Shown: positions 1-8,828 of the stretch, piece after piece
How the letters are laid out: every line of letters starts with the position of its first letter
Numbering within the stretch: position 1 is the stretch's first letter
DNA from: Parabacteroides pacaensis
Lineage (GTDB): Bacteria > Bacteroidota > Bacteroidia > Bacteroidales > Tannerellaceae
DNA length: 64,000 nt
Reading direction: 5' to 3'
Assembly: GCF_900292045.1 (NCBI RefSeq)
Contig: NZ_OLMS01000003.1
Location: 189,570-253,569, forward strand
Position numbers and translations under genes: made by a program
Notes under the pieces: generated by a model
Database searches by the model: none
What the model saw: only the letters and a program-made list of their open reading frames with translations
Told to the model about the DNA's origin: nothing

Positions 1-1
1 T

Positions 2-394
2 TTGCCGGTATCTAAAGAGGAACTTTTTAAACAAAGTGATGTGCTCTCTCTACATAGCCCGCTTACTCCGGATACACGGAATTTTATAAATGCGGAGAGA
101 TTGGCGCTCATGAAGCCTACTGCTATTATTATCAATACAAGCCGGGGACCGCTAGTGAACGAAAAAGATTTAGCGGATGCCTTGAATAGCGGAAAAATCT
201 TTGCAGCAGGAGTAGATGTCCTTTCTACCGAGCCTCCTAAAGCAGATAATCCCTTGCTTACGGCACAAAATTGCTACATCACTCCTCATATTGCCTGGGC
301 AACTTTCGAGGCGAGGACGCGCTTGATGGATATAGCTGTAAATAATTTAAAAAGTTATCAGGAAGGGAAAGTCCAAAATAATGTGGTGGAATAA
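2..394 (+). CDS. D-isomer-specific 2-hydroxyacid dehydrogenase (glycerate/hydroxypyruvate reductase-like), C-terminal fragment; the 5' end lies outside the window
   Basis: The ORF is open to the window edge. It carries the NAD-binding and catalytic signature of D-2-hydroxyacid dehydrogenases (...IINTSRGPLVNE...DVLSTEP...ITPHIAWAT). Confidence 0.75.
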   Translation: MPVSKEELFKQSDVLSLHSPLTPDTRNFINAERLALMKPTAIIINTSRGPLVNEKDLADALNSGKIFAAGVDVLSTEPPKADNPLLTAQNCYITPHIAWATFEARTRLMDIAVNNLKSYQEGKVQNNVVE

Positions 395-414
395 TAAAAA
401 AGGTATGCTTTCCT

Positions 415-548
415 TCGGAGCCTATTTGTTCATTCTTGTCATGGCGGGCATCGACCCGCATCTCCTATCGATATAAGTCGCCTTTGGTTTATCGGAGATC
501 CCGCGTCAAGCGCGGGATGACATAGGCAGCAGAATGGCAGAGGCATCG
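415..548. repeat. Copy of a dispersed composite hairpin repeat family (GGAGCCTATTTGT...TTGTCAT module, ATGGCGGG...CCCGCAT hairpin and GGAGATCCCGCGTCAAGCGCGGGATGACA hairpin)
   Basis: The sequence matches motifs seen at 38890-39010, 55380-55860 and 61550-61760. The GC-rich inverted repeat TCCCGCG/CGCGGGA has a 5-nt loop. Confidence 0.55.
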
Positions 549-549
549 C

Positions 550-1476
550 TTAATTCAAACGATAACTAACAAAAGCAATCTTTTTACTGTCTGGAGACCA
601 TGAGTTCACATTTAGGGTCCCCTGTCCGCCAAAAAGTTTAAGAAGCAAGCGTGATTCACCCCCGGAAGCAGGCATAAGGCGTAATTCGACATTTTTATTG
701 GCAAGATGCTGGCCGGGTTCCAAGTCGCCTTTGTAATAAGTAAGGAACACCACTTTTTCACCATCCGGCGAAATATGAGGGAACCAGGCATTCCGTTCCT
801 CGTCGAAAGTCATTTGAGTCTGTTCAGACCCGTCCGCCTGCATCCTCCAAATCTGCATAAGACCGCTACGAACAGAATTAAACCAGATATATTTACCGCA
901 AGGTGAATATTCGGGTCCATCATCCAGCCCTTCCGCATGGGTAAGCCGTACTTCTTCTCCGCCTACTGCGGGAATGACATAGATATCGTAATTTTTATTC
1001 CTTTCCGCGCAATAAGCCAATTGCGTTCCGTCCGGGCTCCATCCGTGCAAATAACTGGGAGCCATCGGAGTGATCAAACGTGGAGTTCCTCCTTCCATGG
1101 GGAGTGTATAAATACGTGATTTCCCATCTTCCTTAGTTCCGTGGCTTATCGCTATTTGCTTTCCATCCCTCGAGAGAACATGATCGTTATTACAATTTCC
1201 GGCAAAGCCTGTGGGGATCAGCAGAGGACTGCCGACCTTATGAGGTGAAATTTTATATAGTTTGCCTTTGCTGTTGTAAACAAGCCATTTCCCGTCTACC
1301 GTCCAGTTGGGAGCTTCTATCAGGTAGGGAAACTCTTTCACAATTTGCCGTTCACCTGTTTCTACATCCATTATTTCCAGTACACTGGTTACCGAAGTCT
1401 GTGGAATTTCTTTCATCGAACTACTTTCTTCCCCCGCAATAATAGCATGTAGTAATATAAAGAGATAAATAAGCAT
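550..1476 (-). CDS. TolB-like periplasmic beta-propeller (WD40-like/PD40 repeat) protein
   Basis: The ORF is 308 aa with an N-terminal signal peptide ([15 protein letters not shown]). It contains repeated PD40-like blades (SPDG.., YxxxxxGxxxIY motifs). Confidence 0.7.
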   Translation of the reverse strand: MLIYLFILLHAIIAGEESSSMKEIPQTSVTSVLEIMDVETGERQIVKEFPYLIEAPNWTVDGKWLVYNSKGKLYKISPHKVGSPLLIPTGFAGNCNNDHVLSRDGKQIAISHGTKEDGKSRIYTLPMEGGTPRLITPMAPSYLHGWSPDGTQLAYCAERNKNYDIYVIPAVGGEEVRLTHAEGLDDGPEYSPCGKYIWFNSVRSGLMQIWRMQADGSEQTQMTFDEERNAWFPHISPDGEKVVFLTYYKGDLEPGQHLANKNVELRLMPASGGESRLLLKLFGGQGTLNVNSWSPDSKKIAFVSYRLN

Positions 1477-1848
1477 GGCATACGATTTTAAAGATGAATG
1501 ATAAAGTAAATATACAGAATTACTCTATTTTTTCTTACTATTCTACGAATAAAAATAATAAAATAACATCTGTTTGTTCAGAAGTAATTGACATAAGTGT
1601 ATATATGATCTTTTTACTAACTTGTAATAACTATTTGTTAAAGGATAAGCTATCCTAAGTTTACATGTAAAGGTCAAAGGATAGCTGTTTGTCATTTTTT
1701 ATTTGTATGCCCCATAGGTTATTTCTTTATATAAAATATATTCATATTATCTAGGTAACTTTTAAAACAAAAAACACCTAATGAAAATTGCTCCTGATAG
1801 TTTGGAAAGATTTTTTTCTTTCCGTCTAAGTTTACTAAGAATATGTGT

Positions 1849-2436
1849 TTATTGACTATTTGTAGATAATAAACTTTTTATATTCCGAAGATATTTTTCT
1901 GTTAAAAATGGAAATTGCTCATCGGGTATATAAATGTTTGATATTTTTCTATTAGGATATAAAACAAAAAAATAGGGAGTATTATACTCTTCTATAGGAA
2001 ATTCATCTTTATTAAATTTTATATTGAGAATAGGAAAACTTAATTTGTTCATTTTTTTGAAAGCGTACATATCTTTTTGAGAATAGTAAAAACTGAAGAT
2101 ATATATACAACTATCTTGCTCCTTAAAAATATCTTTTAAAAACTTTACATTCTTTTCAATGCATAAAGAGCAGTCAAGATGTGAATATCGATAAATTAGC
2201 ACAGGTTTATTTTTTACAATATCTCTATGCTTATCAGTTATTTCACGTGGAATTTCTAGCCCCGTGAATTTGTTGTTTAAATCAAAAAACTGTTTATAAA
2301 AATCTATACTGTCAGCCTGGTTAGACTGAACAGTAATGGGTGTGTAATTATTACTTTCCTCTTTTTGATTAATTAAATACAATAGTCCAGTAAAAAAGAC
2401 TACCAACAATAAAATTATGTTTTTAGTTTTCATCAA
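1849..2436 (-). CDS. Membrane-anchored thioredoxin-fold (TlpA/AhpC-TSA-like) thiol-disulfide oxidoreductase with an atypical CSLC motif
   Basis: There is an N-terminal hydrophobic anchor. The segment VLIYRYSHLDCSLC parallels the thioredoxin-like WCxxC context. The stop overlaps the upstream lipoprotein gene start, consistent with an operon. Confidence 0.5.
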   Translation of the reverse strand: MMKTKNIILLLVVFFTGLLYLINQKEESNNYTPITVQSNQADSIDFYKQFFDLNNKFTGLEIPREITDKHRDIVKNKPVLIYRYSHLDCSLCIEKNVKFLKDIFKEQDSCIYIFSFYYSQKDMYAFKKMNKLSFPILNIKFNKDEFPIEEYNTPYFFVLYPNRKISNIYIPDEQFPFLTEKYLRNIKSLLSTNSQ

Positions 2437-3517
2437 AGCTATTTTTTAATTTATATTCTAACAATATAATACTTTCATCTTGATATGGGTTCTGGTTTCC
2501 CATTTGAATAGGAATGTTTTTATAGTCTTTTATATCACTTCCATTACACCATCCTAGTAAAGTGTTATTTCCGTAAGGGGTAACATCAGAAAGTGCAGGA
2601 GTGAAACAAACATTCGTTCGATTAAATGGATTCTGTAAATTAGGTATGTTTGTAAAAATAAATATTCCTAAAGTATAAGAAAAAAGAAGTTGGTCACCAA
2701 CATAAAAAAAAGAATGGATCCGAGGCAATGGATATTGGAGACGCTTTTCTATAGGTAGCTCATAGTTATAGTGGGATTTATATAAGTCATAAGTATTTTC
2801 TTTATGATCGAAATCTAATGCTATATAAGGAAGACATTCATTCTGTTTTATAACATAAACACTATCGTTCCCTGGAGAATGGAAGAATAATTTATTATGT
2901 ACATTGTAAAACACGTATTGAGGAGGAAATAAATAATGTCCTTTTAGTTTGTGCCATGAGAAAAATGTTGAAAAATGTTCATTGAATAAATTTAGTTCTA
3001 CTAACGTTTCATTAGAATGATCGTATAATAATAAATTGTTGTCTTTGTAAACCAACCTTTTAAAAGCTTGATCTAATTGGATTTTTTTCTTTATTGTTTT
3101 CAACTCCCAGTCCACTATATACAAATTTCTAGGATAACTAAGAATTGCAACTTCCTTTTTTGTTTCATTTATATCAAAATCTAATAATTCGATATACTCG
3201 TCCGGACCATTCCCGATATGGCAAAATTTAGAAAGGGGGATGCCTGCTTCATCAAAACAAAATAAACTTTTGGTATGGGTATCATCTAAAATAAAGTATT
3301 CAGTCTTTGTTTTTTTTATTTTTCTGATTGTTCCTATTAGAAAGTCATCTGTTTCTTTTAATGGAATCATTTTAATTTCAGAAACAATCTGTTTTAAAGA
3401 CAATAAAGAATCTTCTAAATTAGAAATGAGCATACAATGGTTTACTGTGTTTTCAACTACAGGTTTGTTACATGAGAAAAAAATCATGAATAGAATTATA
3501 TATATATACTTTTTCAT
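2423..3517 (-). CDS. BF3164-family-like 6-bladed beta-propeller lipoprotein
   Basis: It has a lipoprotein signal with lipobox (MIFFSCNKP). Its blocks are paralogous to the lipoproteins at 7524-8687 and 8829-9995 (IPLETxDEF.., EYFI.D, YDLxGNF). The family assignment is from memory of Bacteroides paralog families. Confidence 0.55.
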   Translation of the reverse strand: MKKYIYIILFMIFFSCNKPVVENTVNHCMLISNLEDSLLSLKQIVSEIKMIPLKETDDFLIGTIRKIKKTKTEYFILDDTHTKSLFCFDEAGIPLSKFCHIGNGPDEYIELLDFDINETKKEVAILSYPRNLYIVDWELKTIKKKIQLDQAFKRLVYKDNNLLLYDHSNETLVELNLFNEHFSTFFSWHKLKGHYLFPPQYVFYNVHNKLFFHSPGNDSVYVIKQNECLPYIALDFDHKENTYDLYKSHYNYELPIEKRLQYPLPRIHSFFYVGDQLLFSYTLGIFIFTNIPNLQNPFNRTNVCFTPALSDVTPYGNNTLLGWCNGSDIKDYKNIPIQMGNQNPYQDESIILLEYKLKNSFDEN

Positions 3518-3591
3518 CTGATATTTGATTAATGATTTTGATAATGGGAATTAAAAATAACCATGGTTAAAAAACCATGGTTATACTTGTT

Positions 3592-4005
3592 TTATGTCAC
3601 TGTACTTGCATCAGTTCCTAAAATAATATCATGGCATGTTCTGTCTTGCCCACATCTTACTCTTTCACTAATATTATCCCCTTGGTAATATATTTGTGTT
3701 AGGTCTGATACATCGAGTTCTACATTCATCTTAAAACTAAAAACTGAATATCTATTTTGTAAAGTTTTTAGGTCACCCTCGGATGTAATCTTAATTTTAC
3801 AGCTTTCATGTTTTAAACCGCATTTAAACTCACTGTCATTTACACCTGTACCATTCCCACCACCACTATCAATACTTTGTGCTAAAACCTCAGTGCATAA
3901 TGGATTAGTTGTTATACCATAGTCTTTTAATGCATGATCCAAATTGAGAGTAAACAAAGTAAGGATAGCAATGATACTAGCTATTGTTGATATTGTATTA
4001 TTCAT
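3592..4005 (-). CDS. Small secreted Cys-containing protein, possibly NVEALA-like (motif variant CTEVLAQ)
   Basis: The ORF is 137 aa with an N-terminal hydrophobic segment and a TEVLAQ motif about 40 residues in. It has 5 Cys. It sits immediately upstream of the BF3164-like lipoprotein, as NVEALA proteins typically do. Confidence 0.35.
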   Translation of the reverse strand: MNNTISTIASIIAILTLFTLNLDHALKDYGITTNPLCTEVLAQSIDSGGGNGTGVNDSEFKCGLKHESCKIKITSEGDLKTLQNRYSVFSFKMNVELDVSDLTQIYYQGDNISERVRCGQDRTCHDIILGTDASTVT

Positions 4006-4129
4006 AAAATATGTTTTTGATTTAAATTGTTTATTTCTAACTTTGTATAAGCCAAATTATTATTTTAACTGCCCCTGTCGGGGCAATCGAAATTCATGTT
4101 GAATTAAGTTAAACATTGGTTTTTTCATC

Positions 4130-5428
4130 TCACTTGTTATAAATATTAGAAGTATAGTCATTACGATGTTGTAGTAATTCCTTTAGTTGATATTTCAGTG
4201 TATCAGAATTGTGCCATACTTTACAACGACTGTGTGTATATATATTCAAAGTAAAGACATATCCAATAGCTAAAAATATGATAAGTTTTCGACCGCTAAT
4301 TTTTAATGCCTTATATAAATAAATAATGCTATATGCAATTAGGAAAGCAATTCCTATTGAAGCTAAATATACATAACGATCGGCAATTATTGTATATCGT
4401 GATAGAGGAATAATATGTAATACTAGAATAATATGAAGAGAGAAAAAGAATATACTGAACAAAATTGCTTTTTCTTTTAGATTTTGTTGTAATAGGTAAA
4501 TTATTATTGTTATCAGTAAAGGGTATATTAATAACCATTTTGGTAAAGGAGTTCCTATGACTGCTGGGAAGGGATACAAATAAGACAATTTATAGGGAAT
4601 GATGCATTTAAATAAATATTCTGTGAAAGCATAACAAGCATATACTATTCTTTGCCAGAAAGGATAAGTAGACTCGTCTGTTAATACACCCTGTCCATCG
4701 GCTGATTGAGATAGCATAGTTATTACACCAAAGAATATAGACAAAAGAAAAAAAGGGATGAGTCTTATCCATATTTTTTTGTTTGTTAAATTATCATTCT
4801 TAAACCAATGAAGAAGTAATAACCACAGAGGGAATGTAACTGCTTGTTCTTTTCCTAGAAAAGAGCAAATAAATAAAACTAAAGTTATTATATAATACCT
4901 TATTTTTTTATATTGGAGGTATTTTAAGTATGCAATTGTTGCTAATAAGTAAAATAAAGTATATACTAATACTTTTGATGCACTCATCCAAGCAACTGAT
5001 TCTACATTAAATGGATGAATGGCAAATATTAATGCTGCTAACCATGCTATTAAACTAGGTGAGTGTGTATTTTCATGTAATTCTAATAATTTTTTTAATA
5101 TGTAATAAATTAAGCAGGTATTTACTATATGTAAAAGTAAACTGGCAAGATGAAAGATGGTAGAATCATATCCATTAATAGAATAAAGTACTAAATAAAG
5201 ATATTCATTAAGTGGGGCATATTGTCCATGGTAGTAGCTTGTTAGGATTTCCCATATATTATGCCAGTTGATGCCATTTCCTGTATAATGGTTCATGACC
5301 ACCCATTGATCATCCCATAAATATAAAAAATCATTATTTAATATAGGATAGTATGTTATAATACATGCTACTATAAGACTTAAAAGTAACAGTGTATTCA
5401 AGGTTGTGTCTTTTAATACTTTTGTCAT
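4130..5428 (-). CDS. Polytopic integral membrane protein (10 or more predicted TM helices), possibly a GT-C fold / GT39 or O-antigen-ligase-like enzyme
   Basis: The 432-aa protein is highly hydrophobic. It has an acidic first loop (NNDFLYLWDDQW). It is the first gene of a same-strand cluster that continues through 1849. Confidence 0.4.
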   Translation of the reverse strand: MTKVLKDTTLNTLLLLSLIVACIITYYPILNNDFLYLWDDQWVVMNHYTGNGINWHNIWEILTSYYHGQYAPLNEYLYLVLYSINGYDSTIFHLASLLLHIVNTCLIYYILKKLLELHENTHSPSLIAWLAALIFAIHPFNVESVAWMSASKVLVYTLFYLLATIAYLKYLQYKKIRYYIITLVLFICSFLGKEQAVTFPLWLLLLHWFKNDNLTNKKIWIRLIPFFLLSIFFGVITMLSQSADGQGVLTDESTYPFWQRIVYACYAFTEYLFKCIIPYKLSYLYPFPAVIGTPLPKWLLIYPLLITIIIYLLQQNLKEKAILFSIFFFSLHIILVLHIIPLSRYTIIADRYVYLASIGIAFLIAYSIIYLYKALKISGRKLIIFLAIGYVFTLNIYTHSRCKVWHNSDTLKYQLKELLQHRNDYTSNIYNK

Positions 5429-5835
5429 GGTATTATTTTTAAGTTGAACTTAGCCGGTTATAAGAAAAACAACTTTTTTTGTTTTTACCCTAGTGAAAAA
5501 TGAAACAAAACACGTTATTTAACTTTGTATAACATTTTAATTACCTTTTACTTTAGTAAGCCTGTGTAAAAGATGAATGTACATAAATATTGGAGGGCTT
5601 TCTTGGATATCTTCTTCTTTCATTTTCAAATCTTTCATGCGAGCTTCCGTAGATAGGGGTAAAACTTTATGTCAACATGAAGAAGGTGGAACAGGAAAGA
5701 GGCTTTATTCTGTCTTAAATAAGTTAACATTCGCTAGAGAGATATCTTTCTTTTTTTATCTTTGCATTGAGGTTTATTTGTTAAATGCTTAACTGTAAAA
5801 TGTCAAAATAAGAAAGTTTTATAAATTAAGAGCGT

Positions 5836-7125
5836 ATGAAAAAGTTGATAGGTATCATCATTTTTGCCATTGGGTTCTTGCCGGTGTATTCACAAAATGC
5901 GGATTTAAGAGTGAGTGATTTATTAAATAAAGCAGACTGGTTTGCTTTAGAAGAAGAATATCCGGTGTTAAAAGATTCGATACAAACTCCTGCTTTAAAG
6001 CTTATGGCGGAAATCATGCTTAGTAATGCTTTTAACCGGCCCGAACAAGCACTTACCCGTATCAATTTAATGCTCAAAGAATATCAGCAGGAGATAGGGT
6101 TCGATAATGCTTGCAACCTTGTTTTCTTAGCTTCTATCATCGATGGAACGCAAGGAAACTATGCAAGAGCGTTAGGTACGATGAATAGCTTTTTAACTCA
6201 ATTGGATTCGTTAGGCGTGAAAGATAATTTGGAATCTTATATGCATTTTTATAATGATTATAATTCGTTTCGTGAATATCCGGCTCCTGTTCTTTTACGT
6301 CCGGATAAAGACATAGAGATCCCTATTTCTATAGAAAAAGCCGGACGCGGGACACTCATATATGTTCCTGTGATGGTGCATAATGAAACGTACAAATTTA
6401 TTTTTGATACAGGGGCAGCCACCACCTTTCTATCTGAAAAGTTTGCGAATAAGATGGGCGTGAAAGTGGTAAGTGATTCTACATGGATCAATAAAGGAAG
6501 TATAGGGGAAGGGGTTGGTAAAAGCGGTTATTTGGATAGTATGCAAATCGGAGATATAACCTTTAAGAATATAAGAGTAGCTATTGCCAGACCAAACGAA
6601 CAAGTGGATAGTGTTTTTCAGGCGGATGCTATTCTGGGAGTGGATTTTATGAAGCTAGTAAAAGAGATCCGGCTTTATCCGCAGGAGAAGAAAATGTTAT
6701 TACCTTCCCGAACTACTCCTTTGCCTGCTACGGGAAGAAATGTACTTTTGACGAATGGGAACCGGCTGATTTTAAAAGCGTATTCCGGCGGGGAACGTTT
6801 GCAACTTGTTTTTGATACGGGAAATGTGAGTGCGGATTTGTTCCATACTTACTATGACAGGCATAAAGAAGAGATCGATAAGATTGCCCGGAAGGATACT
6901 ATATTCGGAGGCGGTTTTGGCTTTGTCCGTTCGGTTGAGGTTTTGCGCCTACCGTTTGTACCCCTGAAAATAGGGAATACTTCTTTTGAAATGAAAAATA
7001 TGCCTGTTCAACCGGTGGCAGATAGTAGTCAGACAGAAGAAGACGGCAGTGTAGGTATGGATATGGTAAAGCTATTTTCCAAAATTACCTTGAATTTCGA
7101 CGATATGTTTATCGACTTAAAATGA
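5836..7125 (+). CDS. Secreted pepsin/retropepsin-like aspartyl protease with two DTG active-site motifs
   Basis: It has a signal peptide (MKKLIGIIIFAIGFLPVYSQ). Two aspartic protease signatures are present, FIFDTGAATTFL and LVFDTGNVSADL. Confidence 0.6.
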   Translation: MKKLIGIIIFAIGFLPVYSQNADLRVSDLLNKADWFALEEEYPVLKDSIQTPALKLMAEIMLSNAFNRPEQALTRINLMLKEYQQEIGFDNACNLVFLASIIDGTQGNYARALGTMNSFLTQLDSLGVKDNLESYMHFYNDYNSFREYPAPVLLRPDKDIEIPISIEKAGRGTLIYVPVMVHNETYKFIFDTGAATTFLSEKFANKMGVKVVSDSTWINKGSIGEGVGKSGYLDSMQIGDITFKNIRVAIARPNEQVDSVFQADAILGVDFMKLVKEIRLYPQEKKMLLPSRTTPLPATGRNVLLTNGNRLILKAYSGGERLQLVFDTGNVSADLFHTYYDRHKEEIDKIARKDTIFGGGFGFVRSVEVLRLPFVPLKIGNTSFEMKNMPVQPVADSSQTEEDGSVGMDMVKLFSKITLNFDDMFIDLK

Positions 7126-7186
7126 ATCCAGTGGAATGGAACATCTTTACTTTATCTATTCGGCTCATTTTTTCAATCCATAAACT

Positions 7187-7417
7187 GGGTGGGGATAAAT
7201 CCGTTTATCTATACTTTATAAGAGAGGACGATATGATATATTAATAGGTAAAATAGTTTGATATATCATTTCAGACAGAAGAGCATTTCGACGGACAGAA
7301 GAATAGAAAAACATTTCAGACAGAAGAACAAAAGAACATATAGTAAGATAGTAACAAAATATATTCTTCTCTTCTTTTGTTCTTCTGTCTGAAATTAAAA
7401 ATGTATTTATCCCCACC
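7187..7417. mobile_element. Inverted-repeat-flanked ~230-bp element (MITE-like or invertible-segment-like) with terminal inverted repeats GGGTGGGGATAAAT / ATTTATCCCCACC
   Basis: The terminal repeats match 13 of 14 positions. There is an internal perfect palindrome TTTCAGACAGAAGAACAAAAGAA...TTCTTTTGTTCTTCTGTCTGAAA. A related element with the same terminal-repeat family lies at 63851-64000. Confidence 0.4.
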
Positions 7418-7523
7418 TATTTATTGGTAGAGCTAATTTGCCTTACGCGATGATAAGAGTAGGTAAAAGCCGTTTAATTTTTTCGTATTGTTAATGAATT
7501 TGTTTTGCTTTGTGTAATTCTCT

Positions 7524-8687
7524 TTACTTCTTAGGTTTTACCAACATAATCACCGAATTAGAATCCTCCTCCAATGTCGCGGCTATTTCTTTTAGTTTGC
7601 CTTTCAGCTTCCCATTTTCATAGTCCTTGCGAAGACTGAAAGCATTTATAGAAGACCATAATTCGCCTTTTCGATTTATAGGAGTGAGGGAAACCATATA
7701 GATTTCTTTCTTATAAGAATAATCACCGTTGTATATGATATACCTAAAAAAATCCTTTTCCTGTGTATCGTACACAAAGTACGTTTTCGGAAACCCTTCT
7801 TCTTTAGTAAAATCATATACATTCTTTATGCTTTCCATAAAATAGTAACGATCGGAAACCAACTTTAAAATCAAGTAAATTTCCGGATTCATGGTGTGGA
7901 TAGGTGGTGTTCGTGCAATAAACGGGCGTAAACTGTAATCCGGCATTAAAGTGTAGATAGTATCTGACGAGGGTTCTAATAGTATCCAATTACCCTTAAA
8001 TGGAGTTATTCTACTATAATCTCCTGGTCCGGCAGCTCTTATTCCCCCTTCGTGTTTTAAAAGTTGAATAAATATCTTCTTCTCCTTAAATGGGGTTTTA
8101 ATCTCTTTGGTTATGCTCCCGTCTTGCTTCGATACGAGCAGGAATGGTATCTCTTGATTACATTCATCGTAACAAATCAGATTCTCTTTATCATAATTAA
8201 ATATTTCCCAATAAAACTGGGTATCACCACCCTGCTTCTGTTTAAAACTTCGTTTAAAATTTCCCTCCAAATCATAAATCTTTATTTTTTTTGCAAAGTG
8301 GTCGTTTATAAACATTTCATTGTTTTCTTCATCCAATGTAACACTTCTACAAGATATGTATTCTTCCCCCCCTTGCCCTTTACGATTTATCTTACGGATG
8401 GCTTTTCCGGTCCGGTCATACACAAAAATATCACCGTCATTCTTATAGTTTGTTACTATTATGAATTCTTTGCCTACAGCCTGCACAAATCCTTGATTGA
8501 TAAACTCATCATTTGTTTCCAGCGGAATGTATTCCACATCCATAAAATCTTGAAGAATCACCTCCTTTTTGTTCGAAGGAGTGTTTGTAATGTCCACAGT
8601 AAGAAAAGCATCTTCTGATTGTTTGTTGTCACCGCATCCTGCCGTTATTAACAGGATAAGAGCTAAAATTGTACCAGTGCATTTCAT
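7524..8687 (-). CDS. BF3164-family-like beta-propeller lipoprotein (paralog 2)
   Basis: It has a lipobox (LLITAGCGDN). The first ~80 aa are nearly identical to the adjacent paralog. It is homologous to 2423-3517. Confidence 0.6.
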   Translation of the reverse strand: MKCTGTILALILLITAGCGDNKQSEDAFLTVDITNTPSNKKEVILQDFMDVEYIPLETNDEFINQGFVQAVGKEFIIVTNYKNDGDIFVYDRTGKAIRKINRKGQGGEEYISCRSVTLDEENNEMFINDHFAKKIKIYDLEGNFKRSFKQKQGGDTQFYWEIFNYDKENLICYDECNQEIPFLLVSKQDGSITKEIKTPFKEKKIFIQLLKHEGGIRAAGPGDYSRITPFKGNWILLEPSSDTIYTLMPDYSLRPFIARTPPIHTMNPEIYLILKLVSDRYYFMESIKNVYDFTKEEGFPKTYFVYDTQEKDFFRYIIYNGDYSYKKEIYMVSLTPINRKGELWSSINAFSLRKDYENGKLKGKLKEIAATLEEDSNSVIMLVKPKK

Positions 8688-8828
8688 ATTTAATTATTTA
8701 GAACCGTTACAAGGATATCTGTTTATTTGTTATTTAAATGCTATGAATAAATTTACTTCCCCTGGGGTAGTAAATCCTATTAACGAATCTACTTCCCACA
8801 GGTAGTAATTTTGCTTTGCGTATTCCAT

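Noticed and set aside
3240-3521. Antisense ORFs within annotated genes (e.g. 3240-3521, 4329-4538, 8064-8618, 12091-12402, 19119-19562, 24598-25125, 39418-39915, 50865-51362, 59503-60423, 60898-61446)
   Set aside because: They are on the opposite strand of longer ORFs with clear homology-type signatures. Their composition is low-complexity or atypical, and none shows a recognisable domain.
7216-7416. 66-aa ORF inside the inverted-repeat-flanked element
   Set aside because: It spans the internal palindrome and terminal repeat and lacks a plausible ribosome-binding context. It is more likely a non-coding element.
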